A stretch of DNA of 64,000 nucleotides from an uncultured Planctomycetales bacterium (GTDB taxonomy: Bacteria > Omnitrophota > Gorgyraeia > Gygaellales > Profunditerraquicolaceae): positions 1-64,000 of the forward strand of contig CAZAPM010000002.1 in the NCBI GenBank assembly GCA_964487475.1, written 5' to 3'. The stretch's first letter is position 1, and the number at the start of each line of letters is the position of its first letter. The notes below the pieces were generated by a model that was not told the origin of the DNA, ran no database searches, and saw only the letters and a program-made list of their open reading frames with translations. Below, in pieces: positions 46,260 through 55,073 of the stretch. The position numbers were made by a program, and so were the translations under genes.

Positions 46260-47981
46260 TCACAGGGTTTTTTCTTTATCTTCCTTGAGGATGAGCGCGG
46301 CGAACTCATCAAAAGGCATGGCGCCCCGGTCGCCCTGGCCTTTTTTTCTGACCGAAACCGTACCGGCTTGCGCTTCCCGTGCACCCACTACCAGCACGTA
46401 CGGCACTTTTTCGACCTCCGCTTCACGAATACGCTTGTTCAGCGTTTCATTCCCGTCACTCAGCGCGACCCTGGTACCCTGCGCGGACAACCGGTCCCGG
46501 ACCCGGAGCGCGAACTCCTTCGCTTCCTCCCCGATCGGGATCACCGTCACCTGCACCGGAGCCAGCCACACCGGGAAAGCCCCGGCATAATGCTCCACCA
46601 GCGCGCCCATGAACCTCTCGACGCTTCCCAGCAGCACCCGGTGCAGCATGATGGGCTGACGCTGCGCCCCGGTCTCGTCTATATAGGAAAGCTCGAAGCG
46701 TTTGGGCAGCGCAAAATCGCACTGGATGGTGGCGCACTGCCACTGCCGCTTGAGCGCGTCCTTAAGCTTGATATCTATCTTGGGCCCGTAGAAGGCGCCG
46801 TCCCCTTCGTTGACGTCGTAGGTAAGCCCCTTCTGGTCCAGCGCATCCCTGAGCGCCTGCGTCGCCAGGTTCCAGTCCTCGTCCGACCCGATGGACTTTT
46901 CCGGACGGGTGGAAAGCTCGATGCTCACATCGTTGAAACCGAACACCTTCATGGTGTCGAACACAAAATCTATGATCCCCTTGATCTCCTCCTGCAGCTG
47001 CTGCGGCAGGCAAAAGATATGCGCGTCATCCTGGGTGAACCCGCGCACCCGCAAAAGCCCGTGCAGTACCCCGGCTTTTTCGTGCCGGTACACCGTCCCC
47101 GGCTCGAAAAGCCGCAACGGCAGATCCCGGTAGCTTCGCGTCTTCGACTTGTAGATGAGGATATGGCCCGGGCAGTTCATCGGCTTGAGCACGAACTCCT
47201 TCTCGTCGACCTTCAGGGTATACATGTGCTCCTTGTAATACTCGTAATGCCCGGAGGTCTGCCAGAGCCCCGCCTGCATGATATGCGGCGTGAGCACCAG
47301 GTGATACCCGCGCCTGAGGTGCTCGTCCTTCTCGTAATCCTCGATGATCTTGCGCAGCAGCGCGCCTTTGGGATGGTAGAACACCAGCCCCGCGCCCGCT
47401 TCCTCGTGATAGATGTCAAAGAGCCCTAATTGCGGCCCGAGCTTGCGGTGGTCCCTGGCCTTGGCCTCCTCCAGAAGCCGCAGGTGCTCGTCGAGTTCCT
47501 TCTGCGAAAAGAACGCCGTGCCGTAGATGCGCTGCAGCATGGGATTGGTCTCGATCCCGTGCCAATACGCCCCGGCCAGCGAAAGCAGTTTGAACGCCTT
47601 GATCTCACCGGTCGTCCCCAGGTGCGGCCCGCGGCACAGGTCGAAAAACCCCTCCCCGGTCCGGTACACCGAGACCTTTTCGTCGGGTATCGCGTCGATG
47701 AGCTCGAGCTTATACGTCTCGTGCAGCCCGGCGAAAAGCTCCTTCGCCTGGGCCTTGGAATATTCCAGCCGGACAAAAGGCTGCTTGGCCTGGATGATCG
47801 TGCGCATCCTTTTTTCGATGCGCGCCAGGTCCTCCTCGGTAAAGGACTCCTTGCGATCGATGTCGTAATAAAACCCGTCATCGATGGCGGGCCCGATCGC
47901 CAGTTGCGCGTCCGGCCAAAGCTCCTTGATCGCCTGCGCCATTACATGCGAGCAGGAATGCCGCAGTATCTCTATGTCCAT
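46260..47981 (-). CDS. thrS: Threonine--tRNA ligase (no N-terminal TGS domain)
   Basis: RHSCSH, DLCRGPH, RDHRKLG, LKPMNCPGH, RVRGFTQDDAH, GAFYGPK; start trimmed to ATG 47981 because the upstream sequence is a tRNA. Confidence 0.96.
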   Translation of the reverse strand: MDIEILRHSCSHVMAQAIKELWPDAQLAIGPAIDDGFYYDIDRKESFTEEDLARIEKRMRTIIQAKQPFVRLEYSKAQAKELFAGLHETYKLELIDAIPDEKVSVYRTGEGFFDLCRGPHLGTTGEIKAFKLLSLAGAYWHGIETNPMLQRIYGTAFFSQKELDEHLRLLEEAKARDHRKLGPQLGLFDIYHEEAGAGLVFYHPKGALLRKIIEDYEKDEHLRRGYHLVLTPHIMQAGLWQTSGHYEYYKEHMYTLKVDEKEFVLKPMNCPGHILIYKSKTRSYRDLPLRLFEPGTVYRHEKAGVLHGLLRVRGFTQDDAHIFCLPQQLQEEIKGIIDFVFDTMKVFGFNDVSIELSTRPEKSIGSDEDWNLATQALRDALDQKGLTYDVNEGDGAFYGPKIDIKLKDALKRQWQCATIQCDFALPKRFELSYIDETGAQRQPIMLHRVLLGSVERFMGALVEHYAGAFPVWLAPVQVTVIPIGEEAKEFALRVRDRLSAQGTRVALSDGNETLNKRIREAEVEKVPYVLVVGAREAQAGTVSVRKKGQGDRGAMPFDEFAALILKEDKEKTL

Positions 47982-47987
47982 AAATAA

Positions 47988-48064
47988 TGGTGGGCCCATG
48001 AGGACTTGAACCTCAGACCTTTGCGATGTCAACGCAACGCTCTAACCAACTGAGCTATGAGCCC
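47988..48064 (-). tRNA. tRNA-Val(GAC), CCA encoded
   Basis: GGGCTCATAGCTCAGTTGGTTAGAGCG-TTGCG-TTGACAT-CGCAA...GGGCCCACCA. Confidence 0.96.
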
Positions 48065-48091
48065 GAACACCTTATGTTTTTATTGAGCGAA

Positions 48092-48151
48092 GCCCCGCGA
48101 GTGTTCCGGAATTTTGGAATTTAAAATTCCGGAACGATTACGAGCAGGGGC
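48092..48151. repeat. Intergenic palindrome in tRNA spacer
   Basis: Perfect 13-bp inverted repeat GTTCCGGAATTTT (48103-48115)/AAAATTCCGGAAC (48123-48135) with outer GCCCCGC/GCAGGGGC arms. Confidence 0.7.
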
Positions 48152-48182
48152 CAACTTCCGTTATACCTATCCCGAACTTACA

Positions 48183-48265
48183 TGGGCAAGAAGGGAGTCG
48201 AACCCTTACGACCTTTCGGCCAGCAGATTTTAAGTCTGCCGTGTATGCCATTCCACCACTTGCCC
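48183..48265 (-). tRNA. tRNA-Leu(TAA)
   Basis: GGGCAAGTGGTGGAATGGCATACACG-GCAGA-CTTAAAA-TCTGC; long variable arm. Confidence 0.96.
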
Positions 48266-48289
48266 GCGATCAACGCGCGGGAAAATAAG

Positions 48290-48361
48290 AGGCGACGAGC
48301 GGACTCGAACCGCTGGATAACTGTTTTGCAGACAGTTGCCTTACCACTTGGCTACGTCGCC
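48290..48361 (-). tRNA. tRNA-Cys(GCA)
   Basis: GGCGACGTAGCCAAGTGGTAAGGCA-ACTGT-CTGCAAA-ACAGT; U73. Confidence 0.96.
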
Positions 48362-48366
48362 GCGAA

Positions 48367-48906
48367 TCAAAGAGCCCGCATGGTCTGCTGGACGATCGTC
48401 TCAACGTCAGCCAGGCATCCGACCCCGACCTTACCGCACGCCAACATCCCCTTCTTGGGGGAAACCAAATGATACCCGAACTTCTCCAGGCGACGCATAT
48501 TATCCCGGGTCGCGGGATGGAGATACATCTGTTCGTTCATGGCCGGGCACACCACCACCGGTGCCTTGGTCGCGGTAACCACGCAGGTCAATAGATCGTC
48601 GCAGATCCCGCACGCCAGCTTGGCGATGATATTCGCGGTCGCGGGGGCGATCAAAACCACATCCGCTTTTTCCGCCAGGGACACATGTTCTATCTCCCAG
48701 GCCTGCGCGGAGTCGAACATCCCCTGATATACCCTGTTGCCGCTGAGCGCCCTAAAGAGCTCCGCGGAAATAAGCTTCCCGGCTTCCTCCGTCATCACGA
48801 CCGTCGTGGAACAGCCTTTTTCGCGCAGCCTGCGGATGAGCTCGCAGGCCTTGTAAATAGCGACGCTCGCGGTGACCCCCAGTACCACGTGCTTGGACCG
48901 GGGCAT
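48367..48906 (-). CDS. coaC: Stand-alone phosphopantothenoylcysteine decarboxylase (CoaC domain only)
   Basis: LGVTAS.A.YK, APATAN.IAK, PAMN..MY, LACG..G.G; ends at 179 aa. Confidence 0.88.
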   Translation of the reverse strand: MPRSKHVVLGVTASVAIYKACELIRRLREKGCSTTVVMTEEAGKLISAELFRALSGNRVYQGMFDSAQAWEIEHVSLAEKADVVLIAPATANIIAKLACGICDDLLTCVVTATKAPVVVCPAMNEQMYLHPATRDNMRRLEKFGYHLVSPKKGMLACGKVGVGCLADVETIVQQTMRAL

Positions 48907-48910
48907 GCGC

Positions 48911-49120
48911 TTAACCCGCCTTCATCAGCTTGTAGACCACTTTCCCGTCCGCGATCTCCTGCAACGCGACGGTGGAGGGCTTGACCGATGAGGCCGCGAC
49001 CACGAGCTTCGGCGCTCCTTCGGCTATCTCCAGGCCGCGCTTGGCCGCGAGGATCACCAGCTTGTACACCGATCCGTGAGTTTTATCCACCAGTATTTCC
49101 AATGGCACATACCCTGTCAT
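48911..49120 (-). CDS. rpoZ: RNA polymerase omega subunit
   Basis: S.YKLV..AAKR, KP...AL.EI..GK; between gmk and coaC. Confidence 0.92.
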   Translation of the reverse strand: MTGYVPLEILVDKTHGSVYKLVILAAKRGLEIAEGAPKLVVAASSVKPSTVALQEIADGKVVYKLMKAG

Positions 49121-49131
49121 ATCCCGCTCCT

Positions 49132-49716
49132 CTATTCGTTACGCCGGCAGATATGCTGTGTAAGCACATCTTTCAGCTGCCGCACAGCCAATGCCAGGCG
49201 GTCGTTTACGATCACATGGTGGTACTTTTTCGACTTGCGTATCTCTTTTTCGGCCTGCGCCAGCCTGCGCCCGACCTCGTCGGAAGAAAGCGCGCACCTT
49301 TTTTCTATGCGTTCCCGCAGGACCTCCAGGGAAGGAGGCATGATGAACACCGTCACGTTCTCCCTGGGGTAACGCGCACGTATCGTTTCCGCGCCCTTCA
49401 CGTCAATGCATAAAAGGATGTTCTTTCCCGCAGCCAGCGCCTCATCGACGCCCTCTTTGGGAGTTCCGTAATAATACTCCAAATACCTCGTCCATTCAAG
49501 GATTTTTTTCGCCCGGCGCAGACGGAAAAACTCCTCCCGGGAAAGGAAAAAATAGTCCCGTCCCTCTTTCTCCATGGGCCGGCGCGGCCTTGTGGTGAAA
49601 GATACCGATCTTCGTACCCGCCCCCGTAACTCCTTAAGGCGCAATACCTTTTCTGCCAGCGTAGTCTTTCCTGACCCGGAAGGACCGGAGATCACGAACA
49701 GGCGGCCCTTCTTCAC
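49132..49716 (-). CDS. gmk: Guanylate kinase
   Basis: SGPSGSGKTT, TTR.RR..E..GRDY.F, YYGTP, FIMPPS. Confidence 0.96.
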   Translation of the reverse strand: MKKGRLFVISGPSGSGKTTLAEKVLRLKELRGRVRRSVSFTTRPRRPMEKEGRDYFFLSREEFFRLRRAKKILEWTRYLEYYYGTPKEGVDEALAAGKNILLCIDVKGAETIRARYPRENVTVFIMPPSLEVLRERIEKRCALSSDEVGRRLAQAEKEIRKSKKYHHVIVNDRLALAVRQLKDVLTQHICRRNE

Positions 49717-50570
49717 TCTATATTCTGGACCTGTTCGCGGATCTTTTCGATCTGGCTTTTCATCTCCACCACCACCGCGGATACCCCCGTATCGCAGGAT
49801 TTCGCGCCCATGGTATTGGCTTCGCGCTGCATCTCCTGGGCCACAAAATCCAGCTCCTTGCCGATGGGGCTCGAAAGCGTCAGCTTGGTAAGCAGGTTAT
49901 CCACATGGAACGCGAGACGCTCCACCTCTTCCGTGATATCAGCGTCTTTCAGGAATGCCGATCTGGCGTCGTCGCTGTTGATCTGCGAGGCGCGTGATTT
50001 TACCGCTTTATGATACCGCTGCTTTACCAGCGCCAGATTGGCTTTAAGGCCCACGGCCTTATGCCGCACATAACTGACCAGGGCTTTTCCCTCGTGCTCG
50101 CGCACCCGCACCAGCTCCCCGGCCGTCTGCTGTACCAGCCCCTTGATCCGGGGCCAGAGCCTCGAAGAAGGAACGGCGTGCTCGACTAGGGAAAGCGCGC
50201 CCGGCAGATGCAGGATGGTATCCAAGCTGGGATTCGCGGAGAGCTTGAATTCCTTCTTGAGCTCGCCGATACGCTGCAGATATTTCGCCACCAGCCTTTT
50301 ATTGACGAATACTTCGCTGTGCTGACTTCCCACGATGGTCACGACACAGGTCACCCGTCCGCGGTTAAGCTGCGCCTCCACCTCTTTTTTGATCTTATCC
50401 TCGACGGAGATGAACCCTACGGGCACATGCAGGATGGTCTCCAGGAACTTATGGTTGGTGCTGCGAAGCTCCACCGTCACTTTCCCGAACCCCGGCACCT
50501 GCGCTTCGGTGCAGGCGAATCCGGTCATGCTGCGGATAGTGACCGATCTTTTCCTGGAGGTCACGCCCAT
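49713..50570 (-). CDS. YicC/YloC-family endoribonuclease
   Basis: SMTGF, DITEEVERL..H, GK.LDF..QEMQREANT, EKIREQVQNIE; exact start uncertain. Confidence 0.92.
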   Translation of the reverse strand: MGVTSRKRSVTIRSMTGFACTEAQVPGFGKVTVELRSTNHKFLETILHVPVGFISVEDKIKKEVEAQLNRGRVTCVVTIVGSQHSEVFVNKRLVAKYLQRIGELKKEFKLSANPSLDTILHLPGALSLVEHAVPSSRLWPRIKGLVQQTAGELVRVREHEGKALVSYVRHKAVGLKANLALVKQRYHKAVKSRASQINSDDARSAFLKDADITEEVERLAFHVDNLLTKLTLSSPIGKELDFVAQEMQREANTMGAKSCDTGVSAVVVEMKSQIEKIREQVQNIE

Positions 50571-51061
50571 ACCGACACTACCTTCTTCTCTTCGACTTCT
50601 TTATGCGGATACAGGTCCACGATCACCTCGACGGGAGTGAACCAGAGTTTGATCTCCCGTTCCGCCTCTTTCTCGTCGGAAGAAACGTGGATCACGTTCT
50701 CGTAGACGCCCCCGGTGGTGATACGGCCGTAGGATCCCCGGATGCTCGTCGATTCCGCCTCTTCGGGGTTGGTCGCACCGGCCAGCTCCCGGCACTTCTT
50801 GATCGCGTCCTTACCCCAGTATACCAGCGCCATGACCTTGCGGCGGTCATGGAACTCGCCGCGGATATACTTGATCAGGTCCTCGAAGAAAGGCTTTCCC
50901 TTAAGCTGCTTATAATGCTCCTCGGCCAGCTCCTGGGACACGCGCACCATTTTTGCGGCGACGATCTCCAGCTTGGTCTCGGATAATCTGGTGAGGATAT
51001 TCCCGGTCAGGGATTTCTTCAACCCGTCGGGCTTGATCAAAATAAGTACGGACTGACTCAT
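50561..51061 (-). CDS. ndk: Nucleoside diphosphate kinase
   Basis: IKPDG, GATNP..A...SIRG, NVIH.S. Confidence 0.93.
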   Translation of the reverse strand: MSQSVLILIKPDGLKKSLTGNILTRLSETKLEIVAAKMVRVSQELAEEHYKQLKGKPFFEDLIKYIRGEFHDRRKVMALVYWGKDAIKKCRELAGATNPEEAESTSIRGSYGRITTGGVYENVIHVSSDEKEAEREIKLWFTPVEVIVDLYPHKEVEEKKVVSVWA

Positions 51062-51921
51062 ATCTCTCTCCCCCCTGCAGTGATTCTCTTGACGATACGC
51101 TCAAGATCCTCCTGAGAATAAAAATCGATGGTGATATGCCCGCGTTTCTTCTGCCGCACCACGCTGACCTTGGTCGCCAGGGTGTGCCGCAGCTCCTCTT
51201 CCAGCACCGCGGACATCGGGTCCTTTGATTTTACCGCCGGAGACCTCAGCTTGAAGCTCCGCGGCCGTTTGATCTTGATCAAAGTCTCCAGCTCCCGCAC
51301 CGAAAGCCCTTTGGCGATCGCCTCCTGCGCCAGCCGGCGCACATGGTTGGCATCCTCGACCTCCAGGAGCGCCTTGCCGTGCGCAAAGCTCATTTTCCCC
51401 TGGCGGATATCTTCCTGTATCTCGACGGGAAGCTTAAGCAGCCTTAACGTATTTGCCACCGAAGCCCTGGACCTTCCCAGCACCTCGCTCACCTTTTCCT
51501 GGGTCAGGGAGAACTTGTCCATGAGATACTGATACGCCCGGGCTTCTTCCATCGGATTCAAGTCCTGACGCTGGATATTCTCGATCAACGCCAGCTCGAG
51601 GGAATCCTTGTCGTCGACATCCTTGACGATCACCGGCACTTCCTTGATCCCGACGGTGGTAGCGGCCCTGAAACGGCGCTCTCCGGCGATGATCTCGTAA
51701 TAGTCACCTCTCTGCCGCACCAGGATGGGCTGGATCACGCCCTTTTCCCTGACCGACTGCACCAGCTCCTCCATTTTTCCCTCGTCAAAATTCTCACGGG
51801 GCTGTAAAGGGTTGGCTTTTACCTGCTCGGTCTTTATCGTAAGCACCCTGGATACTGCCGGCGCCTCCCCTTCAGGGATCAACGCGCCGAGCCCTCTTCC
51901 TAATGCCGGTCTTTTCTCCAT
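51058..51921 (-). CDS. parB: Chromosome partitioning protein ParB
   Basis: LGRGLGALI, NP.QPR, IIAGERRFRA, ENIQRQDLNP.EEA, HTH. Confidence 0.97.
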   Translation of the reverse strand: MEKRPALGRGLGALIPEGEAPAVSRVLTIKTEQVKANPLQPRENFDEGKMEELVQSVREKGVIQPILVRQRGDYYEIIAGERRFRAATTVGIKEVPVIVKDVDDKDSLELALIENIQRQDLNPMEEARAYQYLMDKFSLTQEKVSEVLGRSRASVANTLRLLKLPVEIQEDIRQGKMSFAHGKALLEVEDANHVRRLAQEAIAKGLSVRELETLIKIKRPRSFKLRSPAVKSKDPMSAVLEEELRHTLATKVSVVRQKKRGHITIDFYSQEDLERIVKRITAGGREI

Positions 51922-52748
51922 CACCCGATCTCCAGGTTTGAGTTATGTCCAGTCTGGACATTTTCATTATTGCCGCTGGGAGAATCCGATTTGATCTTCA
52001 GTATCTCGTTCACCAACTCCTCGTACTTCTTGGCCCCTAAAGATTCTTTATCATACAGAACAACCGGCTTCCCAAAACTTGGAGCTTCGGTAAGCCTGAT
52101 GTTCCTGGGAATAACTGTATCATACACCTTTTCCTTGAAGTAACTCTTTACTTCGGCGATCACTTCTTTAGTAAGTTTCGTACGAAAATCAGCCATGGTC
52201 AGAAGAACACCTTCGAGCTCCAACTGAGGATTCAGATTATCCCTGACCAGTTTAACGGTGTTATTTAATTGCGTAAGTCCTTCCAGCGCATAGTATTCGC
52301 ACTGAACAGGCACTATCACCGAATCCGCCGCGCTCAACGCGTTTATCGTCAGCAATCCAAGCGAGGGCGGAGAATCAATGATAACGTAATCATACCTTCC
52401 CTCTTCTTTCTGAAGCGCTTTTTTCAAACGATACTCTCTTCCCAGTACACTTACTAACTCTACTTCTGCACCGGTGAGATCGAGATTCGATGGCGCTACA
52501 AAAAGATTGGGGATCTGCGTTGTTTGAACAACCTCGTTCACTTCTGTTTCGTCAAGCAACACATGGTATGTGCTCTTCTTTACCACATGCTTATCTATCC
52601 CGACACCGCTGGTTGCATTAGCTTGCGGGTCAAGATCGACCAGCAAAACCCTCTTTCCTGCGAGCGCAAGATACGACGCAATATTAATTGAGGAGGTGGT
52701 TTTCCCGGTTCCGCCCTTTTGATTACATATGGCGATTTTCTTATTCAT
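51921..52748 (-). CDS. parA: Chromosome partitioning ATPase ParA/Soj
   Basis: NQKGGTGKTT, DLDPQANAT, PVQCEYYALEG, EAPSFG. Confidence 0.97.
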   Translation of the reverse strand: MNKKIAICNQKGGTGKTTSSINIASYLALAGKRVLLVDLDPQANATSGVGIDKHVVKKSTYHVLLDETEVNEVVQTTQIPNLFVAPSNLDLTGAEVELVSVLGREYRLKKALQKEEGRYDYVIIDSPPSLGLLTINALSAADSVIVPVQCEYYALEGLTQLNNTVKLVRDNLNPQLELEGVLLTMADFRTKLTKEVIAEVKSYFKEKVYDTVIPRNIRLTEAPSFGKPVVLYDKESLGAKKYEELVNEILKIKSDSPSGNNENVQTGHNSNLEIG

Positions 52749-52770
52749 TTATTGTCAAGGCTTTACAAAT

Positions 52771-52786
52771 TGTTCCACGAGGAACA
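52771..52786. promoter_or_regulatory. parS: parS centromere-like site
   Basis: TGTTCCACGAGGAACA, one mismatch to palindrome TGTTCCACGTGGAACA, immediately upstream of parA. Confidence 0.85.
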
Positions 52787-52803
52787 TTTGCTTCTCACGA
52801 CCT

Positions 52804-52831
52804 ATTATACCCCTCGAGAACTGACAGTCAA
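52804..52831 (-). promoter_or_regulatory. parAB promoter
   Basis: TTGACT(52831-52826)-16 bp-TATAAT(52809-52804). Confidence 0.7.
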
Positions 52832-52838
52832 GAAGAAA

Positions 52839-53024
52839 TTAACCGGTGATAGTGACCCTGATCTTTGCCAGCTTAGCACCAGCCATGCCAAACAAGCCCT
52901 TCTTCTCTTCGGAAAGAACCTCTATCTTGACCCGGTCCCTGCTGACCTTCAGCTCCCGCAAAGCTTTCTTTACGGCATCCTCTATAGTGCTTCCCTCTAT
53001 CTCAACACTGATATGCTCTGCCAT
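52839..53024 (-). CDS. jag: Jag/KhpB N-terminal domain-only protein (61 aa)
   Basis: G.TIEDA...AL.EL......V.IEVL....KGLFG....AKIRV; TGATG-coupled to yidC. Confidence 0.85.
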   Translation of the reverse strand: MAEHISVEIEGSTIEDAVKKALRELKVSRDRVKIEVLSEEKKGLFGMAGAKLAKIRVTITG

Positions 53025-54568
53025 CAGGCTAGCGATCTGTTGATTTTCATCTGGTAAACAATCATCAGAACACTGTTCACAAACCAATACAAAACCAAAC
53101 CAGATGGCATCTTATAAAATATGAACGCGAACATTATCGGGAAAAGTATTTGCATCATCTTCTGCTGTTCGGCAGACATCCCGCTCGAAGAGCTTGTGGA
53201 CATTTTCTGCTGGAAGTACATCCCGGCAGCCATAAGCAATGGCAACAGATTAAATTCATTTCCAATAAACGGAATGTTAAAAGGCAGTGTAAAAAGTCTA
53301 TCCGGGGAAGCAAGATCTTTGATCCATAAGAAATCCGCGTTCTTGATCGAAGTCGATCTGATCAAAGCCTGATAAAGTGCAAAGAAAACCGGAATCTGCA
53401 ACAACATTGGCAGACAGCCGCCCAATGGATTGACTTTATTCTCCCGGTATAATTCAAGGATCTCTTTATTCAAACGCTGGGGATTATCTTTAAACTCTTT
53501 TTTCAGTGCTTCCACCTTTGGCTGGAGCAGTTGCATTTTTTTCATGGAATGCATCTGTTTATAACTAAGGGGAAACAGAATGAAATATATCAACACGCTG
53601 ATACAAATTATCGCTAAACCCCAATTTCTCAAATACTTATGTAAAAAATCAAGGGTCCCGAGAATTACTTTTGATATTGGATCGAAGGTACCGTAATACA
53701 CCAGGCCATTCCATTTGGGATTGATCTTGGCTATCACCTTCGTATCCTGGGGACCAACGTATGCTTTAAAAGACTCTGTGATAGAACTCTTACCCGGAAC
53801 CTTGAATTCTTTCACCACAAAAAGGGCAACCTGGTGATCGTTCAACTTACGGATGACAGCACTATAGTTTTTGCCGTTAGGCTCTACGATCACGCAAAAG
53901 AATCTATTTCTTAACCCGGCATAGAGGATATTATCGACGGTAACATCCTTCTTGCCGTTAAAGTGCTGCGGATTCTGATTTGCCCATATCGTAATATCGG
54001 AATATTGGGCCTGGCCATCTTTATTCGAAAGATCCAGGATGCCTACCAGAACAGGCTTATTATACGTAAGCTCTTGTGGCAAAAGGTTTTTTATCTCTAC
54101 TTCGAGATCGATGTAAAAAATATCGCTTCTGAAGCGCAGGGTTTTCCGGATTTGCTTCTCAAGATCGGAAAATAGATACACTCCCTGGTTCTGATCAAGG
54201 GAGACCTTGCTAAAAGAAGAAGTATCACCTACCGTAACCCCCTGCGCCACTTGAATTGTTTCATTTGAAAATTGGGGAAAGGTTGCGCTAACTATAGCCC
54301 CAGATTGGCCAAACTCATATTCAATATTGTCCAATCTGACAAGCTCTGTTTTCTCAATCGTGGCAGGCAAAACAACAGAAGTAATATTAGCCGCTTTTGT
54401 AGAAATATCCGGCAGAGTGCCCGAGGTGACAGCGGGGACCACGTCTGTCTGGCTGATCGATCCCGCTGGTTTCTCCTGGTTTTCCGGCCGGGGGGTGAAC
54501 TTGCTCCACACCAAAGCCACCACAAAAGAGAGTACTATAGCCAAAAAAAGCCTTTTTTCAGTAGTCAT
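53024..54568 (-). CDS. yidC: Membrane protein insertase YidC
   Basis: NWGLAII, NPLGGCLPMLLQIPVFFALY, WIKDL..PD, PSGLVLYW. Confidence 0.96.
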   Translation of the reverse strand: MTTEKRLFLAIVLSFVVALVWSKFTPRPENQEKPAGSISQTDVVPAVTSGTLPDISTKAANITSVVLPATIEKTELVRLDNIEYEFGQSGAIVSATFPQFSNETIQVAQGVTVGDTSSFSKVSLDQNQGVYLFSDLEKQIRKTLRFRSDIFYIDLEVEIKNLLPQELTYNKPVLVGILDLSNKDGQAQYSDITIWANQNPQHFNGKKDVTVDNILYAGLRNRFFCVIVEPNGKNYSAVIRKLNDHQVALFVVKEFKVPGKSSITESFKAYVGPQDTKVIAKINPKWNGLVYYGTFDPISKVILGTLDFLHKYLRNWGLAIICISVLIYFILFPLSYKQMHSMKKMQLLQPKVEALKKEFKDNPQRLNKEILELYRENKVNPLGGCLPMLLQIPVFFALYQALIRSTSIKNADFLWIKDLASPDRLFTLPFNIPFIGNEFNLLPLLMAAGMYFQQKMSTSSSSGMSAEQQKMMQILFPIMFAFIFYKMPSGLVLYWFVNSVLMIVYQMKINRSLA

Positions 54569-54578
54569 CAACTATTCC

Positions 54579-54794
54579 TTATTGTAGAGGATCCCAACCC
54601 GAGTGGCGGGAAAAGGGATGGCATCTGCCCAGTCTGCGTAAAATAAAAAAAGTCCCCTTCAGTATCCCGTAACGCTCAACCGCGTCCACGGCATACTGAG
54701 AACAACTTGGTTCGAACCTGCAGGTGCGGGGCAACCATATCCGCACGTACTTCCTGTACCAGCGAAGCATCCGCAACGCGAGGCGCGCGAACAT
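54579..54794 (-). CDS. yidD: Membrane protein insertion efficiency factor
   Basis: CRFEPSCSQY...A....G, RCHPF...G.DP. Confidence 0.95.
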   Translation of the reverse strand: MFARLALRMLRWYRKYVRIWLPRTCRFEPSCSQYAVDAVERYGILKGTFFILRRLGRCHPFSRHSGWDPLQ

Positions 54795-54931
54795 TACGCG
54801 GTAAGCTTTTTTCTGCCTTTTCTCCGTCGGCGGGCAATGACGTCCCGGCCGGCTTTGGTGCTCATCTTCTTACGGAAACCCTGGCTTCTTTTTCCCACGA
54901 TGTTCGTGGGTGTCTTCAGATTTTTCTTCAT
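54794..54931 (-). CDS. rpmH: 50S ribosomal protein L34 (45 aa, below ORF-track cutoff)
   Basis: [50 protein letters not shown] overlap with yidD. Confidence 0.95.
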   Translation of the reverse strand: MKKNLKTPTNIVGKRSQGFRKKMSTKAGRDVIARRRRKGRKKLTA

Positions 54932-54965
54932 GGCGTATTATCCTTTCAAAAAAGCATGAACCAGA

Positions 54966-54993
54966 ATTATAACACAAAGCTTAAGGCTGTCAA
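54966..54993 (-). promoter_or_regulatory. rpmH promoter
   Basis: TTGACA-16 bp-TATAAT, preceded by TG. Confidence 0.8.
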
Positions 54994-55073
54994 CATTTAC
55001 CCTGCATAATTTTAAAAATTGTAACATACCCCGGCTTTAAGGTCAAGGCAAAAAAGAAGGGAGCTGATTTTTG

